Assembly (NCBI GenBank): GCA_937983635.1
Contig: CALJZR010000027.1
Coordinates: 1 to 43,002, forward strand
DNA length: 43,002 nt
DNA from: an uncultured bacterium
GTDB taxonomy: Bacteria; Patescibacteriota; Patescibacteriia; Patescibacteriales; UBA12465
Direction of reading: 5' to 3'
Part shown: one piece after another, positions 1 to 8,157 of the stretch
How the letters are laid out: every line of letters starts with the position of its first letter
Position numbering within the stretch: the stretch's first letter is position 1
Position numbers and translations under genes: made by a program
Notes under the pieces: model-generated
What the model saw: only the letters and a program-made list of their open reading frames with translations
Database searches by the model: none
What the model was told of the DNA's origin: nothing

Positions 1-345
<345 letters not shown>

Positions 346-400
346 CCACACTTTTGTTTTTCAAATAAACATACTTCGAAAATATATAAAAAGACGCCAT

Positions 401-520
401 TGTTCTGGTGGTCAAAGCGGAGGGGTCACACCTGATCCCTTCCCGAACTCAGAAGTTAAGCCCTCCAGCGCCGATGATACTTGGGCCTGAGCCCTGGGAA
501 AGTAGGTCGCCGCCAGAACA
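401..520 (+). rRNA. rrf: 5S rRNA
   Basis: The terminal helix tgttctggtg/cgccagaaca is extended by ccat/atgg. The conserved loop string cccttcccgaactcagaagttaagc is present. Length is ~120 nt and it lies ~55 nt downstream of the 23S end. Confidence 0.9.
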
Positions 521-571
521 ATGGTGTTTTTTTATTGGAAATTTATTTCTAATTTCAGAAGCTATTTAAAA

Positions 572-604
572 AATCACCGGCAATTGCCGGTGATTTTTTT
601 TATT
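572..604 (+). terminator. Intrinsic terminator after the rRNA operon
   Basis: Perfect hairpin atcaccggc-aat-tgccggtgat followed by a run of 8 or more T. Confidence 0.75.
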
Positions 605-674
605 TGCTCCTCAAAGTGATGGTTTTTTTATTAGCTGAAAAAGGTTATAATAAAGAAATAATAATCTAGAATTT

Positions 675-2075
675 ATGTCTTTAATTAAATCCATTTCCGG
701 TATCCGCGGCACCATTGGCGGTCGGCCCGGCGAAAATCTCACCCCTAACGATTTATTGGCTTTTTTATCCGCTTTTGCCAGGCAGTTACGGCAAAAGTTT
801 CCAGAAATTAAGAAACCAGCCGTAGTTTTGGGGCGCGATGGGCGAGTTAGTGGTCCTCTTTTGCATGATTTTGCCCGTTCCGTGCTCTGTTTGAACGGTC
901 TAGATGTTTTAGATGCTGGCTTAGCCACCACTCCCACCGTCGAAATGGCAGTAATCCAAGAGAAAGCTCAGGGCGGTTTGATTTTGAGCGCTTCCCATAA
1001 TCCGCGGCAATGGAACGCTCTTAAGCTTCTTAATAACCAAGGTGAATTTTTGAGCGCAACTGAAGGGCAAGAATTGATTACCTTAAGCCAAGCCCTGGAG
1101 CCGTCATATCCGGAGCTGGATGACTTAGGAGTCGTGAAAGCCCTACCTCAGGCCTTAGATCGGCATATAGAGGCTATCCTGGCCTTAAAATTAGTGGACA
1201 GAGCGGCGATTGCTAATCGTAATTTTAAGATTGTGGTTGATGGTATTAATTCGGTTGGTGCTTTTGCTATTCCCGCCCTTCTTAAGTCTCTCGGCTTGGA
1301 ACAGGTGGAGATAATTAATGCTGAAGTTAATGGTGAATTTAATCATAATCCTGAGCCCTTAGATGAATATTTAGGGGATATTAAAGAGCGAGTTAAAGCT
1401 AGCGGAGCTGATTTAGGAATTGTGGTTGATCCTGATGTCGACCGTCTGGCCTTTATTGACGAACGCGGAGTAATGTTCGGAGAAGAATATACCTTAGTAG
1501 CAGTGGCGGACTACGTTTTACGCGGCTATTGCCCTTGTTTTTATCAGAAAATTAGCGTCTCTAATCTTTCCTCTTCCCGTGCCCTCAAAGATGTTACCGA
1601 GAAAAAAGGCGGCTCCTATTATGCCGCGGCTGTAGGTGAGGTTAATGTGGTGGCAAAAATGAAAGAAGTGGGGGCAGTTATTGGGGGTGAAGGTAACGGC
1701 GGTATTATTTATCCAGAATTGCATTACGGCCGTGATGCTTTAGTTGGCACTGCTTTATTTCTAAGTGCCCTAGCGCAAGCAGATCTTTCTACTTCTGCCT
1801 ATCGCGCTCAATTTCCCGAATACTATATGGTGAAAGATCGGATTGATTTAAAACCGGGAGTTGATTTAACGGTGCTTTTGAATAAGGTTAAGGCAGTTTA
1901 TGCTGGCGGAGAGATTAATGATATTGATGGCGTTAAAATCGATTGGCCTGATTCCTGGGTTCATCTTCGCGCCTCCAACACCGAACCCATCATTCGTATT
2001 TATGCAGAAGCATCTACTCTTGAACAAGCGCAAGCTCGCGTGACGGAGATAAAGAACATTATTATTACTACCTAG
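675..2075 (+). CDS. glmM: Phosphoglucosamine mutase / alpha-D-phosphohexomutase family
   Basis: 466 aa. Has the catalytic-Ser loop SASHNP, the Mg loop DPDVDR and the sugar loop GGEGNGG. The N-terminus SLIKSISGIRGTIGG resembles Bacteroidetes-type GlmM. A GlmU-like gene is adjacent. Confidence 0.8.
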   Translation: MSLIKSISGIRGTIGGRPGENLTPNDLLAFLSAFARQLRQKFPEIKKPAVVLGRDGRVSGPLLHDFARSVLCLNGLDVLDAGLATTPTVEMAVIQEKAQGGLILSASHNPRQWNALKLLNNQGEFLSATEGQELITLSQALEPSYPELDDLGVVKALPQALDRHIEAILALKLVDRAAIANRNFKIVVDGINSVGAFAIPALLKSLGLEQVEIINAEVNGEFNHNPEPLDEYLGDIKERVKASGADLGIVVDPDVDRLAFIDERGVMFGEEYTLVAVADYVLRGYCPCFYQKISVSNLSSSRALKDVTEKKGGSYYAAAVGEVNVVAKMKEVGAVIGGEGNGGIIYPELHYGRDALVGTALFLSALAQADLSTSAYRAQFPEYYMVKDRIDLKPGVDLTVLLNKVKAVYAGGEINDIDGVKIDWPDSWVHLRASNTEPIIRIYAEASTLEQAQARVTEIKNIIITT

Positions 2076-2241
2076 AGCGTACTATTGCCAAGTTCGGCTT
2101 AATCTATCCTGCCTAGCCCTTGAAAACGATTTTTTTGATAATATTAAAATATTTTTGTCAATATTATTAAGGGAAGATAGGTAGTAATTTTAAGATGGAG
2201 GTGATAAAATGAAGAAAATAAATTAAGGATAATCCGTATTT

Positions 2242-2982
2242 ATGAAGACAAAAATTATTATTCTCGCGGCAGGAAAAGGAACTCGTATGGGCTCGGAGTT
2301 ACCCAAGGTTTTAGTTCCGGTTCAAGGTAAGCCGATGATCCATTATTTAATGGAGGCGGTGATGTCGTCGGCGGTTGATAGCCGTCCTGTAGTAGTAGTT
2401 GCTCCTTGGAATAAAGATGTTATTAGTGAATCTCTGAATTCTTACGACTTAGACTACGCTATTCAAGACCAACAACTAGGTACTGGTCACGCCGTAGCCT
2501 GCGCCCGTTCTTTCGTGGGTGATGAGTATGATAATATTTTAGTTTTATACGGTGATCAACCTTTTTTACAATCTACTTCAATTAAATCCTTCGCTGATTC
2601 CGAGCCGCAACCGCTGACCGTAGTTTCTACTTTGCTGCCTGACTTTGAAAATTGGCATCATAATTTTTTTCATCTTGGTCGTATTGCTCGCAACGATCAA
2701 GGGAAAGTTTGTGGTATTGTCGAATTTAAAGATGCTAGTGATCAGGAAAAAGAAATTCGTGAGATCAATCTCGGTTTTATGTGTTTTCAGAAAAATTGGC
2801 TTTTTTCTAATATCGATAGCTTGAAAGATAATAATAATGCTCACGAATTTTACTTAACGGACATGGTAAAAATTGCTTTTCAGCAAGGACATGAGGTAAA
2901 AACAATTAACGTTGAACCCCGCGAAGCCATGGGTATTAATAGTAAGGAAGAACTAGCCATTGCTGAGGGCCTAGTCTCTTAA
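2242..2982 (+). CDS. Sugar-1-phosphate nucleotidyltransferase, GlmU N-terminal (uridyltransferase) domain only
   Basis: 246 aa. Has the motif ILAAGKGTRMGSELPKVL and the GT-A nucleotidyltransferase motif LYGDQP. There is no left-handed beta-helix acetyltransferase half. Confidence 0.75.
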   Translation: MKTKIIILAAGKGTRMGSELPKVLVPVQGKPMIHYLMEAVMSSAVDSRPVVVVAPWNKDVISESLNSYDLDYAIQDQQLGTGHAVACARSFVGDEYDNILVLYGDQPFLQSTSIKSFADSEPQPLTVVSTLLPDFENWHHNFFHLGRIARNDQGKVCGIVEFKDASDQEKEIREINLGFMCFQKNWLFSNIDSLKDNNNAHEFYLTDMVKIAFQQGHEVKTINVEPREAMGINSKEELAIAEGLVS

Positions 2983-2984
2983 AT

Positions 2985-4244
2985 ATGCGCCGTATCTTGG
3001 ATTTACATATCCATTCTCGTTATTCTCGCGCCTGTTCTCCGCGTTTATCTTTAGCTAACATCGCGGCCACCGCTCAGAGAAAGGGTGTTGATATTGTGGC
3101 TACTGGCGATTTTACTTATCCCGCTTGGTTCCAGGCAATTTCTTCCGAGTTAGAAGAAAAAGGAGATAGCGGCCTCTACCAACTTAAAGAAGGAAATTTT
3201 AAAACTTTATTTTTACTCAGTACCGAAGTCTCTCTAGTCTATAAAGACGGGGGTAAAGCTCGTCGCATCCATTTAGTAGTGCACGCTCCGAATTTGGCGG
3301 CCGTCGCTTCTTTAAATAAATATTTAGACGCTAAATATAATATCCGTTCGGATGGTCGGCCGATTTTAGGAATGAGTGCTCCTGATTTTGTTCGCATTTG
3401 TTTGCAGATTAATCCGCAATTTTTAATATACCCTGCTCATATTTGGACTCCTTGGTATGCTGTTTTTGGTTCGAAGTCCGGTTTTGATTCTTTCGAAGAA
3501 TGTTTTCATGAACAAACAGAATTTATCTACGCCTACGAAACTGGTTTATCGAGCGACCCCGAAATGAATTGGCGTCTCAGTGCTCTTGATAATTTAACCT
3601 GTCTATCTAATTCTGATGCCCATAGTTTAGAAAATATTGGTCGCGAGGCTAATATCATGTCGCTGGCGGAGGACCGCTATGATCATATTTTTCAGATTAT
3701 TAAAGAACATCGTCGCAGTTCCGATTTAACAAGCGAGGGGATGATGGCCACGATTGAATTTTACCCAGAAGAAGGCATGTATCATTGGGATGGCCACCGT
3801 GACTGCCACTTCAGCTGCGCGCCTACGGAGAGCCGCCGTCTAAAGGGTTTGTGTCCACGTTGCGGCCGTCCACTCGTCATCGGTGTTTCTAGCCGAGTAG
3901 AAGATTTAGCGGATAGGCCTTTAGGTTTTAAGCCCCAGGCCGCAGTTCCTTTTCAGCGCTTAGTTGAACTGGATAAGATTATTGCCGAGTCTTTAAATAT
4001 CAAAAATCGACAAGCGGCTAAAGTGACCGCGGTATATAACAAATTAATTGATAGTTTTGGTTCTGAACTGTCCGTTCTCTTAGATCTAGATTTAGATCAA
4101 TTAAAGATAGTAAATCCGCGCGTGGCCACGGGATTAGCTCGTGTCCGTCGTGGCGAATTATCTCTTCGGCCCGGTTTTGACGGCCAATATGGTCAAGTCC
4201 GCGTTTTCTCTGAAGACGAATTACAACCGGCTGCTTTATTTTAA
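2985..4244 (+). CDS. Endonuclease Q (EndoQ) family PHP-domain protein
   Basis: 419 aa. The strings DLHIHSRYSRA, PAHIWTPW, ETGLSSDPEM...LSNSDAHS, GREAN, the Cys cluster CHFSC...CPRCGRPL and the C-terminal GFDGQYGQVRVF match remembered Pyrococcus EndoQ motifs along the full length. Confidence 0.8.
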   Translation: MRRILDLHIHSRYSRACSPRLSLANIAATAQRKGVDIVATGDFTYPAWFQAISSELEEKGDSGLYQLKEGNFKTLFLLSTEVSLVYKDGGKARRIHLVVHAPNLAAVASLNKYLDAKYNIRSDGRPILGMSAPDFVRICLQINPQFLIYPAHIWTPWYAVFGSKSGFDSFEECFHEQTEFIYAYETGLSSDPEMNWRLSALDNLTCLSNSDAHSLENIGREANIMSLAEDRYDHIFQIIKEHRRSSDLTSEGMMATIEFYPEEGMYHWDGHRDCHFSCAPTESRRLKGLCPRCGRPLVIGVSSRVEDLADRPLGFKPQAAVPFQRLVELDKIIAESLNIKNRQAAKVTAVYNKLIDSFGSELSVLLDLDLDQLKIVNPRVATGLARVRRGELSLRPGFDGQYGQVRVFSEDELQPAALF

Positions 4245-4248
4245 AATT

Positions 4249-4728
4249 ATGCGACGCATTTTATCGCAAATTGTCATTCTTGTTCTCTTCTTATTCCTTA
4301 CGGTTTTTGCCGCGATTTGGTTTGACGATACGGGTGGCGATGAAGAAATGGAGGTGGAGAGGGCCCATTCTGTATTATGGCTTGTTCAAGCCGGTAAAAA
4401 GACTTGGCAGATTATTGATGGTGTTTCTAATCTTTCCCCTGAAAGCTATCAAGCTGAGAATACGATTGAAAATGAAGATTCTGGGGCTAGAGTTGATGAT
4501 AGCGGAATGCTAGTGATGGCTGGTGACGCCATCGCTTTAGTGGAAGATTTTGATACTAGCTATTCTGAGAACGGGACCGGAGCTAGTGATGGTAGTTTCC
4601 GTGAATTTTTAGCTAATGTTTTTAAAAAAGCCCCGGAAAGATATCTTGATACTAAGATTTATAGCAACGGCTGGCGTAATTTCGGCTCGCTTTATTGGCT
4701 GAAATATCAAGAATTGAAGCCGCAGTAA
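4249..4728 (+). CDS. Hypothetical membrane-anchored acidic protein
   Basis: The ATG at 4249 gives MRRILSQIVILVLFLFLTVFAAIWF (one N-terminal TM segment) followed by an acidic soluble region. The tracked start at 4141 would overlap EndoQ by 104 nt. Confidence 0.55.
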   Translation: MRRILSQIVILVLFLFLTVFAAIWFDDTGGDEEMEVERAHSVLWLVQAGKKTWQIIDGVSNLSPESYQAENTIENEDSGARVDDSGMLVMAGDAIALVEDFDTSYSENGTGASDGSFREFLANVFKKAPERYLDTKIYSNGWRNFGSLYWLKYQELKPQ

Positions 4729-4901
4729 GCGCCCTTTTCTGTTAAAAAAAGATTTTTTATAGTATAATTAAGTGCGCCGCTATTATGTTTTTACCAATAG
4801 TTTAAGTCAGGGTTAACAGCGGTCTGCTACCCTTAATTTATTAATAAGTAACGCGCGCCTTTGAGCGGTGAATAATACTTTCCCGTTCCGGTGCTATTTG
4901 T

Positions 4902-5972
4902 ATGCCTAAAGATAAAAAAAGCGCAGAAGAAAAGGATGAGGCCGTCAGCGCTGCGGCTCATGATAAGAAAGCGGAAGCAGCAGCTAACGCCATGGAGCAG
5001 ATTAAAACTAAATTTGGTGATGGGGCTATCATGAAATTTGGTGATGTCCGTAAAACTAATGTTGACGCCATTCCCACCGGTTGTTTGTCGCTTGATTTAG
5101 CTTTTGGTATTGGCGGCGTTCCGCGCGGACGCGTGATTGAAATTTTTGGCCCGGAATCTTCTGGAAAAACTACGCTTGCTCAACATATTGTATCTGAAGT
5201 GCAAAAAATGGGCGGCATTGCCGCTTTCGTTGATGCCGAGCATGCTTTAGATCCTGACTATGCCGCTAAAATTGGGGTTGATGTTAAAGAATTGTTAATT
5301 TCTCAACCAGATTCTGGAGAACAGGCTTTAGAAATCGTGGAAACCTTGGTTCGCTCTAACGCGGTTGATGTTATCGTGGTTGATAGCGTCGCCGCTTTAG
5401 TACCACAGAAAGAAATTGAAGGGGAAATGGGCGATCAGCACATGGGTTTACAGGCGCGTTTGATGAGCCAAGCTCTACGCAAGTTAACTGGTGCGATTGC
5501 TAAAACTAAAACTAGCGTAATCTTTATTAATCAGATTCGTAATAAAATTGGCGTGTTCTTCGGCAACCCCGAAACCACTACTGGGGGTAACGCTTTGAAA
5601 TTTTATTGTTCCGTCCGAGTGGAGGTGCGTAAGGCCGCTCAGATTAAACAGGGGGAAGCGATTATTGGCAATCGCGTTAAGGTAAAAATTGTTAAGAATA
5701 AAGTAGCGGCTCCTTTTCGTACTTGTGAATTTGATATTATGTATAATGAAGGTATTTCCGTGGCTGGCGATCTCGTTGATACTGGCGTCGAGTATGGCGT
5801 AATTAAAAAGAATGGCAACTCTTTTTCCTTTGGCGATATTAAAGTCGGCGTTGGTCGGGAAAATGCCAAGAAAACAATTAAGGAAGATAAAAAGTTACAA
5901 GCGGAAATTCGCAAAGCCATCCTCGCCGAGGTAAAAAGCAAAGAAATTGAGGCGGCTGGCGGCAAGAAATAA
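4902..5972 (+). CDS. recA: Recombinase RecA
   Basis: 356 aa. Has the Walker A motif GPESSGKTT, plus [17 protein letters not shown] and FINQIR. Confidence 0.97.
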   Translation: MPKDKKSAEEKDEAVSAAAHDKKAEAAANAMEQIKTKFGDGAIMKFGDVRKTNVDAIPTGCLSLDLAFGIGGVPRGRVIEIFGPESSGKTTLAQHIVSEVQKMGGIAAFVDAEHALDPDYAAKIGVDVKELLISQPDSGEQALEIVETLVRSNAVDVIVVDSVAALVPQKEIEGEMGDQHMGLQARLMSQALRKLTGAIAKTKTSVIFINQIRNKIGVFFGNPETTTGGNALKFYCSVRVEVRKAAQIKQGEAIIGNRVKVKIVKNKVAAPFRTCEFDIMYNEGISVAGDLVDTGVEYGVIKKNGNSFSFGDIKVGVGRENAKKTIKEDKKLQAEIRKAILAEVKSKEIEAAGGKK

Positions 5973-5987
5973 AATTATTTAAAAGCT

Positions 5988-6018
5988 AACAGGCGCCGAG
6001 AAGGGCGCCTGTTATTTG
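5988..6018 (+). terminator. Hairpin terminator after recA
   Basis: aacaggcgcc-gagaag-ggcgcctgtt forms a 10-bp stem. The following T-run is weak (atttgt). Confidence 0.6.
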
Positions 6019-6022
6019 TACT

Positions 6023-6703
6023 ATGACTTATATTCTCTCAGTTGGCGGCTCTTTAATTGCTCCCGCCACTGGCATTGATACCGTTTTTCTTAAAGCTTTT
6101 CGCCGCTTTGTCCTCAATCGTTATGATGCTGGCGACCGTTTGATTATTGTCGCTGGCGGGGGCGCTACCGCTCGGCAGTATGTGCAGGCGGCTTCAGCAG
6201 TGGAGAGGGTCCCCGAGGACGATCAGGATTGGCTAGGAATTCATGCCACTCGTCTCAATGCCCATTTAGTCCGCACCTTATTGCGCGATTTAGCCCATCC
6301 AGAGATTATTACTAACCCCACCAAGCCTTTACCCACCAGGTCGCGAGTGTTAGTGGCCGGCGGTTATCGCCCGGGCTGGTCGACTGATTATGTCGCTGTT
6401 CTCTTGGCGGAAAAGTATAAGGCCAAAACGGTGATTAATCTTTCCAATATTGATTACGTGTATGCGCAAGATCCCCGTAAATTTCCGCAGGCTAAAGTTA
6501 TTAAAGATATTAACTGGGAAGATTTTCGTTTGATTGTCGGTGATCAATGGCGCCCCGGACTTAATGCCCCCTTTGATCCGATTGCCTCTCGTCTCGCTCA
6601 GGAGAAAAAACTACGGGTTGCGGTTTTAAATGGCCACAAGCTGGTTAACGTTCAGAAGTTTTTAGATGATGCTAATTTTCAAGGGACCTTGATTCATCCT
6701 TAA
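6023..6703 (+). CDS. pyrH: UMP kinase, archaeal/short type (amino acid kinase fold)
   Basis: 226 aa. The strings LSVGGSLI...VAGGGATARQY...GIHATRLNA resemble ~225-aa archaeal PyrH rather than ~240-aa bacterial PyrH. Confidence 0.7.
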   Translation: MTYILSVGGSLIAPATGIDTVFLKAFRRFVLNRYDAGDRLIIVAGGGATARQYVQAASAVERVPEDDQDWLGIHATRLNAHLVRTLLRDLAHPEIITNPTKPLPTRSRVLVAGGYRPGWSTDYVAVLLAEKYKAKTVINLSNIDYVYAQDPRKFPQAKVIKDINWEDFRLIVGDQWRPGLNAPFDPIASRLAQEKKLRVAVLNGHKLVNVQKFLDDANFQGTLIHP

Positions 6704-6724
6704 ATAATAACTTTGATTTGCATT

Positions 6725-6756
6725 ACAAAAAAGAACGCTTGTGGGCGTTCTTTTTT
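6725..6756. terminator. Bidirectional terminator between convergent pyrH and adk
   Basis: The hairpin aaaaaagaacgc-ttgtgg-gcgttctttttt is flanked by an A-run and a T-run. Confidence 0.75.
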
Positions 6757-6773
6757 GTATGTTCATTTTATTA

Positions 6774-7328
6774 TTAAATTCTTTGCACCAGACGCTGGTA
6801 AACTTCCTCGATTGTACCTTCGCCGTCAACGCTGATCAAGCGTCCACGTTCGGCGTAGAAATCGAGCAAGGGTTGGGTTTGAGCCGTGTATACGCGGAAA
6901 CGATTTTTTATAGTCGTCTCGTTATCATCGGCGCGACCAGTTTCGCGGCCGCGCGCTATGAGCCTAGTAATTAGACTGGCTTCGCTTACCTCCAAATTTA
7001 ATATCAACGGGAGAGCCTTTGCGGCAAGGAGTACATCCAAGCTTTGTGCTTGGCGGAGGGTACGGGGATAGCCATCAAAAATAAAACCGGCCGCAAGTCC
7101 GTTTTCTTCTATCTTATTCTTGATAATTCCGTCGACGATTTCATCATCGACTAGTTCTCCCCGCGCCATTATGTCTTGCACTCTTTGTCCGATTGGTGTT
7201 TGGCGGGAAACTTCTTCCCGCAATAGCGCTCCAGTAGAGAGGTGCTCCAAATTAAGCGTAGACGCGATTTTTTGGGCTTGAGTCCCTTTGCCTGCCCCTG
7301 GCGGTCCGAATATAATAAAATTACGCAT
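6774..7328 (-). CDS. adk: Adenylate kinase (short lid, no zinc knuckle)
   Basis: 184 aa. Has the P-loop GPPGAGKGTQ, plus LSTGALLR and GFIFDGYPRT. Confidence 0.95.
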   Translation of the reverse strand: MRNFIIFGPPGAGKGTQAQKIASTLNLEHLSTGALLREEVSRQTPIGQRVQDIMARGELVDDEIVDGIIKNKIEENGLAAGFIFDGYPRTLRQAQSLDVLLAAKALPLILNLEVSEASLITRLIARGRETGRADDNETTIKNRFRVYTAQTQPLLDFYAERGRLISVDGEGTIEEVYQRLVQRI

Positions 7329-7359
7329 AGATATTTGAATAATGAACCGCTAATCAAAG

Positions 7360-7432
7360 TGCGCCCAGAGGGATTCGAACCCACGACCGTCTCCTTAAGA
7401 GGGAGCTGCTCTACCAGCTGAGCTATAGGCGC
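7360..7432 (-). tRNA. tRNA-Lys(CUU)
   Basis: Reverse complement gcgcctatagctcagctggtagagcagctccctcttaaggagacggtcgtgggttcgaatccctctgggcgca folds as a cloverleaf with anticodon loop cuCUUaa. CCA is not encoded. Confidence 0.9.
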
Positions 7433-7449
7433 TTATTTATGTGTTAATG

Positions 7450-7523
7450 TGGCTGGGGAGGGGCTCGAACCCTCGACCTTAGCGTTATGAGTGCTACGCT
7501 CTAACCAGCTGAGCTACCCAGCC
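7450..7523 (-). tRNA. tRNA-Met(CAU), elongator type (tRNA-Ile2 with lysidine not excluded)
   Basis: Reverse complement ggctgggtagctcagctggttagagcgtagcactcataacgctaaggtcgagggttcgagcccctccccagcca has a fully paired acceptor stem and anticodon loop cuCAUaa. The 5' half resembles E. coli elongator tRNA-Met. Confidence 0.85.
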
Positions 7524-7601
7524 ATATTTTGTCGGATTTATTCCGCCGTCTACTCGCTGGCAGAGGCGGAAGAGCTACTCAGCCCGACCACGCACAGGTC
7601 T

Positions 7602-7630
7602 ATTATATTTATCCCTTGCTCAAGAGTCAA
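7602..7630 (-). promoter_or_regulatory. Sigma-70 type promoter driving the tRNA-Met/tRNA-Lys pair
   Basis: The minus strand reads TTGACT, then 17 nt, then TATAAT (-35 at 7630..7625, -10 at 7607..7602). Confidence 0.6.
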
Positions 7631-7650
7631 GACCTAAGGACTCTGGATTG

Positions 7651-7724
7651 TGCTCCGGAGAGGACTCGAACCTCTAACCTTGTGGTCCGAAGCCACACAC
7701 TCTATCCAATTGAGCTACCGGAGC
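7651..7724 (-). tRNA. tRNA-Arg(UCG)
   Basis: Reverse complement gctccggtagctcaattggatagagtgtgtggcttcggaccacaaggttagaggttcgagtcctctccggagca has anticodon stem tgtgg/ccaca and loop cuUCGga. Confidence 0.9.
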
Positions 7725-7771
7725 TTATATTATTTCCTGGTCGCCTTTTAAAAAGCGGTTTGATAGGCACA

Positions 7772-7800
7772 AGGCTTGCCCGGAAACACCGGGCAAGCCT
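7772..7800 (-). terminator. Strong hairpin downstream of the HU gene
   Basis: aggcttgcccgg-aaaca-ccgggcaagcct forms a 12-bp perfect stem. The U-run on the minus strand is displaced and weak. Confidence 0.5.
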
Positions 7801-7822
7801 GATGGGAAATAATTTATTAAAT

Positions 7823-8110
7823 TTATCTCTTGCCCTTGAGCGCCTGTTTCAGGTTGTAGCCAGTTTTAAACTTAGCCACTTTGACTGCCGGGATGGTAAT
7901 TCTTTCTTTCGGGTTTTGGGGATTAACTCCGCCTCGAGAATAGCGAACGCGAGACAGGAAAGTGCCGAAGCCGGTAATAGTGACCTCGCGGTCATTTTTT
8001 AATTCCTCGATGATGGTGTCGGTAAGAACATCCAGCATCTTTTCTGCTTGCTTTTTGTTCAAGCCCTCCACTTCGCGATAGAGCTTGTCGATGAGTTGCG
8101 CTTTATTCAT
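7823..8110 (-). CDS. hup: DNA-binding protein HU/IHF family
   Basis: Starting at MNKAQLIDKL gives 95 aa. The string GFGTF...R..RN/GVNPQNPKE..IPA...KF is the HU arm signature. The tracked start at 8131 adds 7 unlikely residues. Confidence 0.9.
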   Translation of the reverse strand: MNKAQLIDKLYREVEGLNKKQAEKMLDVLTDTIIEELKNDREVTITGFGTFLSRVRYSRGGVNPQNPKERITIPAVKVAKFKTGYNLKQALKGKR

Positions 8111-8157
8111 ATATTTGGCGCCAGACCCCAAAGCGGAGCCGGAGGCGTTAATTATAA

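Noticed and set aside
611-937. 108-aa minus-strand ORF overlapping the start of glmM. The same class includes other antisense ORFs in the track: 1518..1724, 2578..2844, 5639..5965, 6350..6547, 9140..9361, 10929..11162, 11319..11570, 15943..16467, 17412..17750, 19046..19306, 21354..22330, 22526..22741, 25084..25293, 30015..31118, 31538..31876, 34173..35244, 35735..35926, 36707..36910, 37448..37654, 38241..38584 and 39528..39737.
   Set aside because: Each lies inside, and antisense to or out of frame with, a strongly supported conserved gene. The translations are low-complexity and show no recognisable family. These are typical shadow ORFs.
4141-4248. N-terminal extensions proposed by the ORF track. 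These are at 4141 (membrane protein), 22909..23067 (murI), 27376..27465 (ddl), 19679..19744 (DUF3850 gene), 18962..18997 (rpsO, GTG), 9673..9693 (rny, TTG), 22091..22108 (holA, TTG) and 8111..8131 (HU).
   Set aside because: The extensions overlap upstream genes or tRNAs, or add residues not present in homologues. Internal ATGs give N-termini that match the conserved family starts.
4729-4901. I looked for an SOS/LexA operator upstream of recA, either CGAACnnnnGTTCG or CTGTn8ACAG type.
   Set aside because: No such palindrome is present in the ~170-nt upstream region. There is only a TATAAT-like box (tatagtataat) and weak, unconvincing pairings.
7529-8002. 157-aa plus-strand ORF.
   Set aside because: It runs through tRNA-Arg, the HU terminator hairpin and the antisense strand of the HU gene, so it is not coding.
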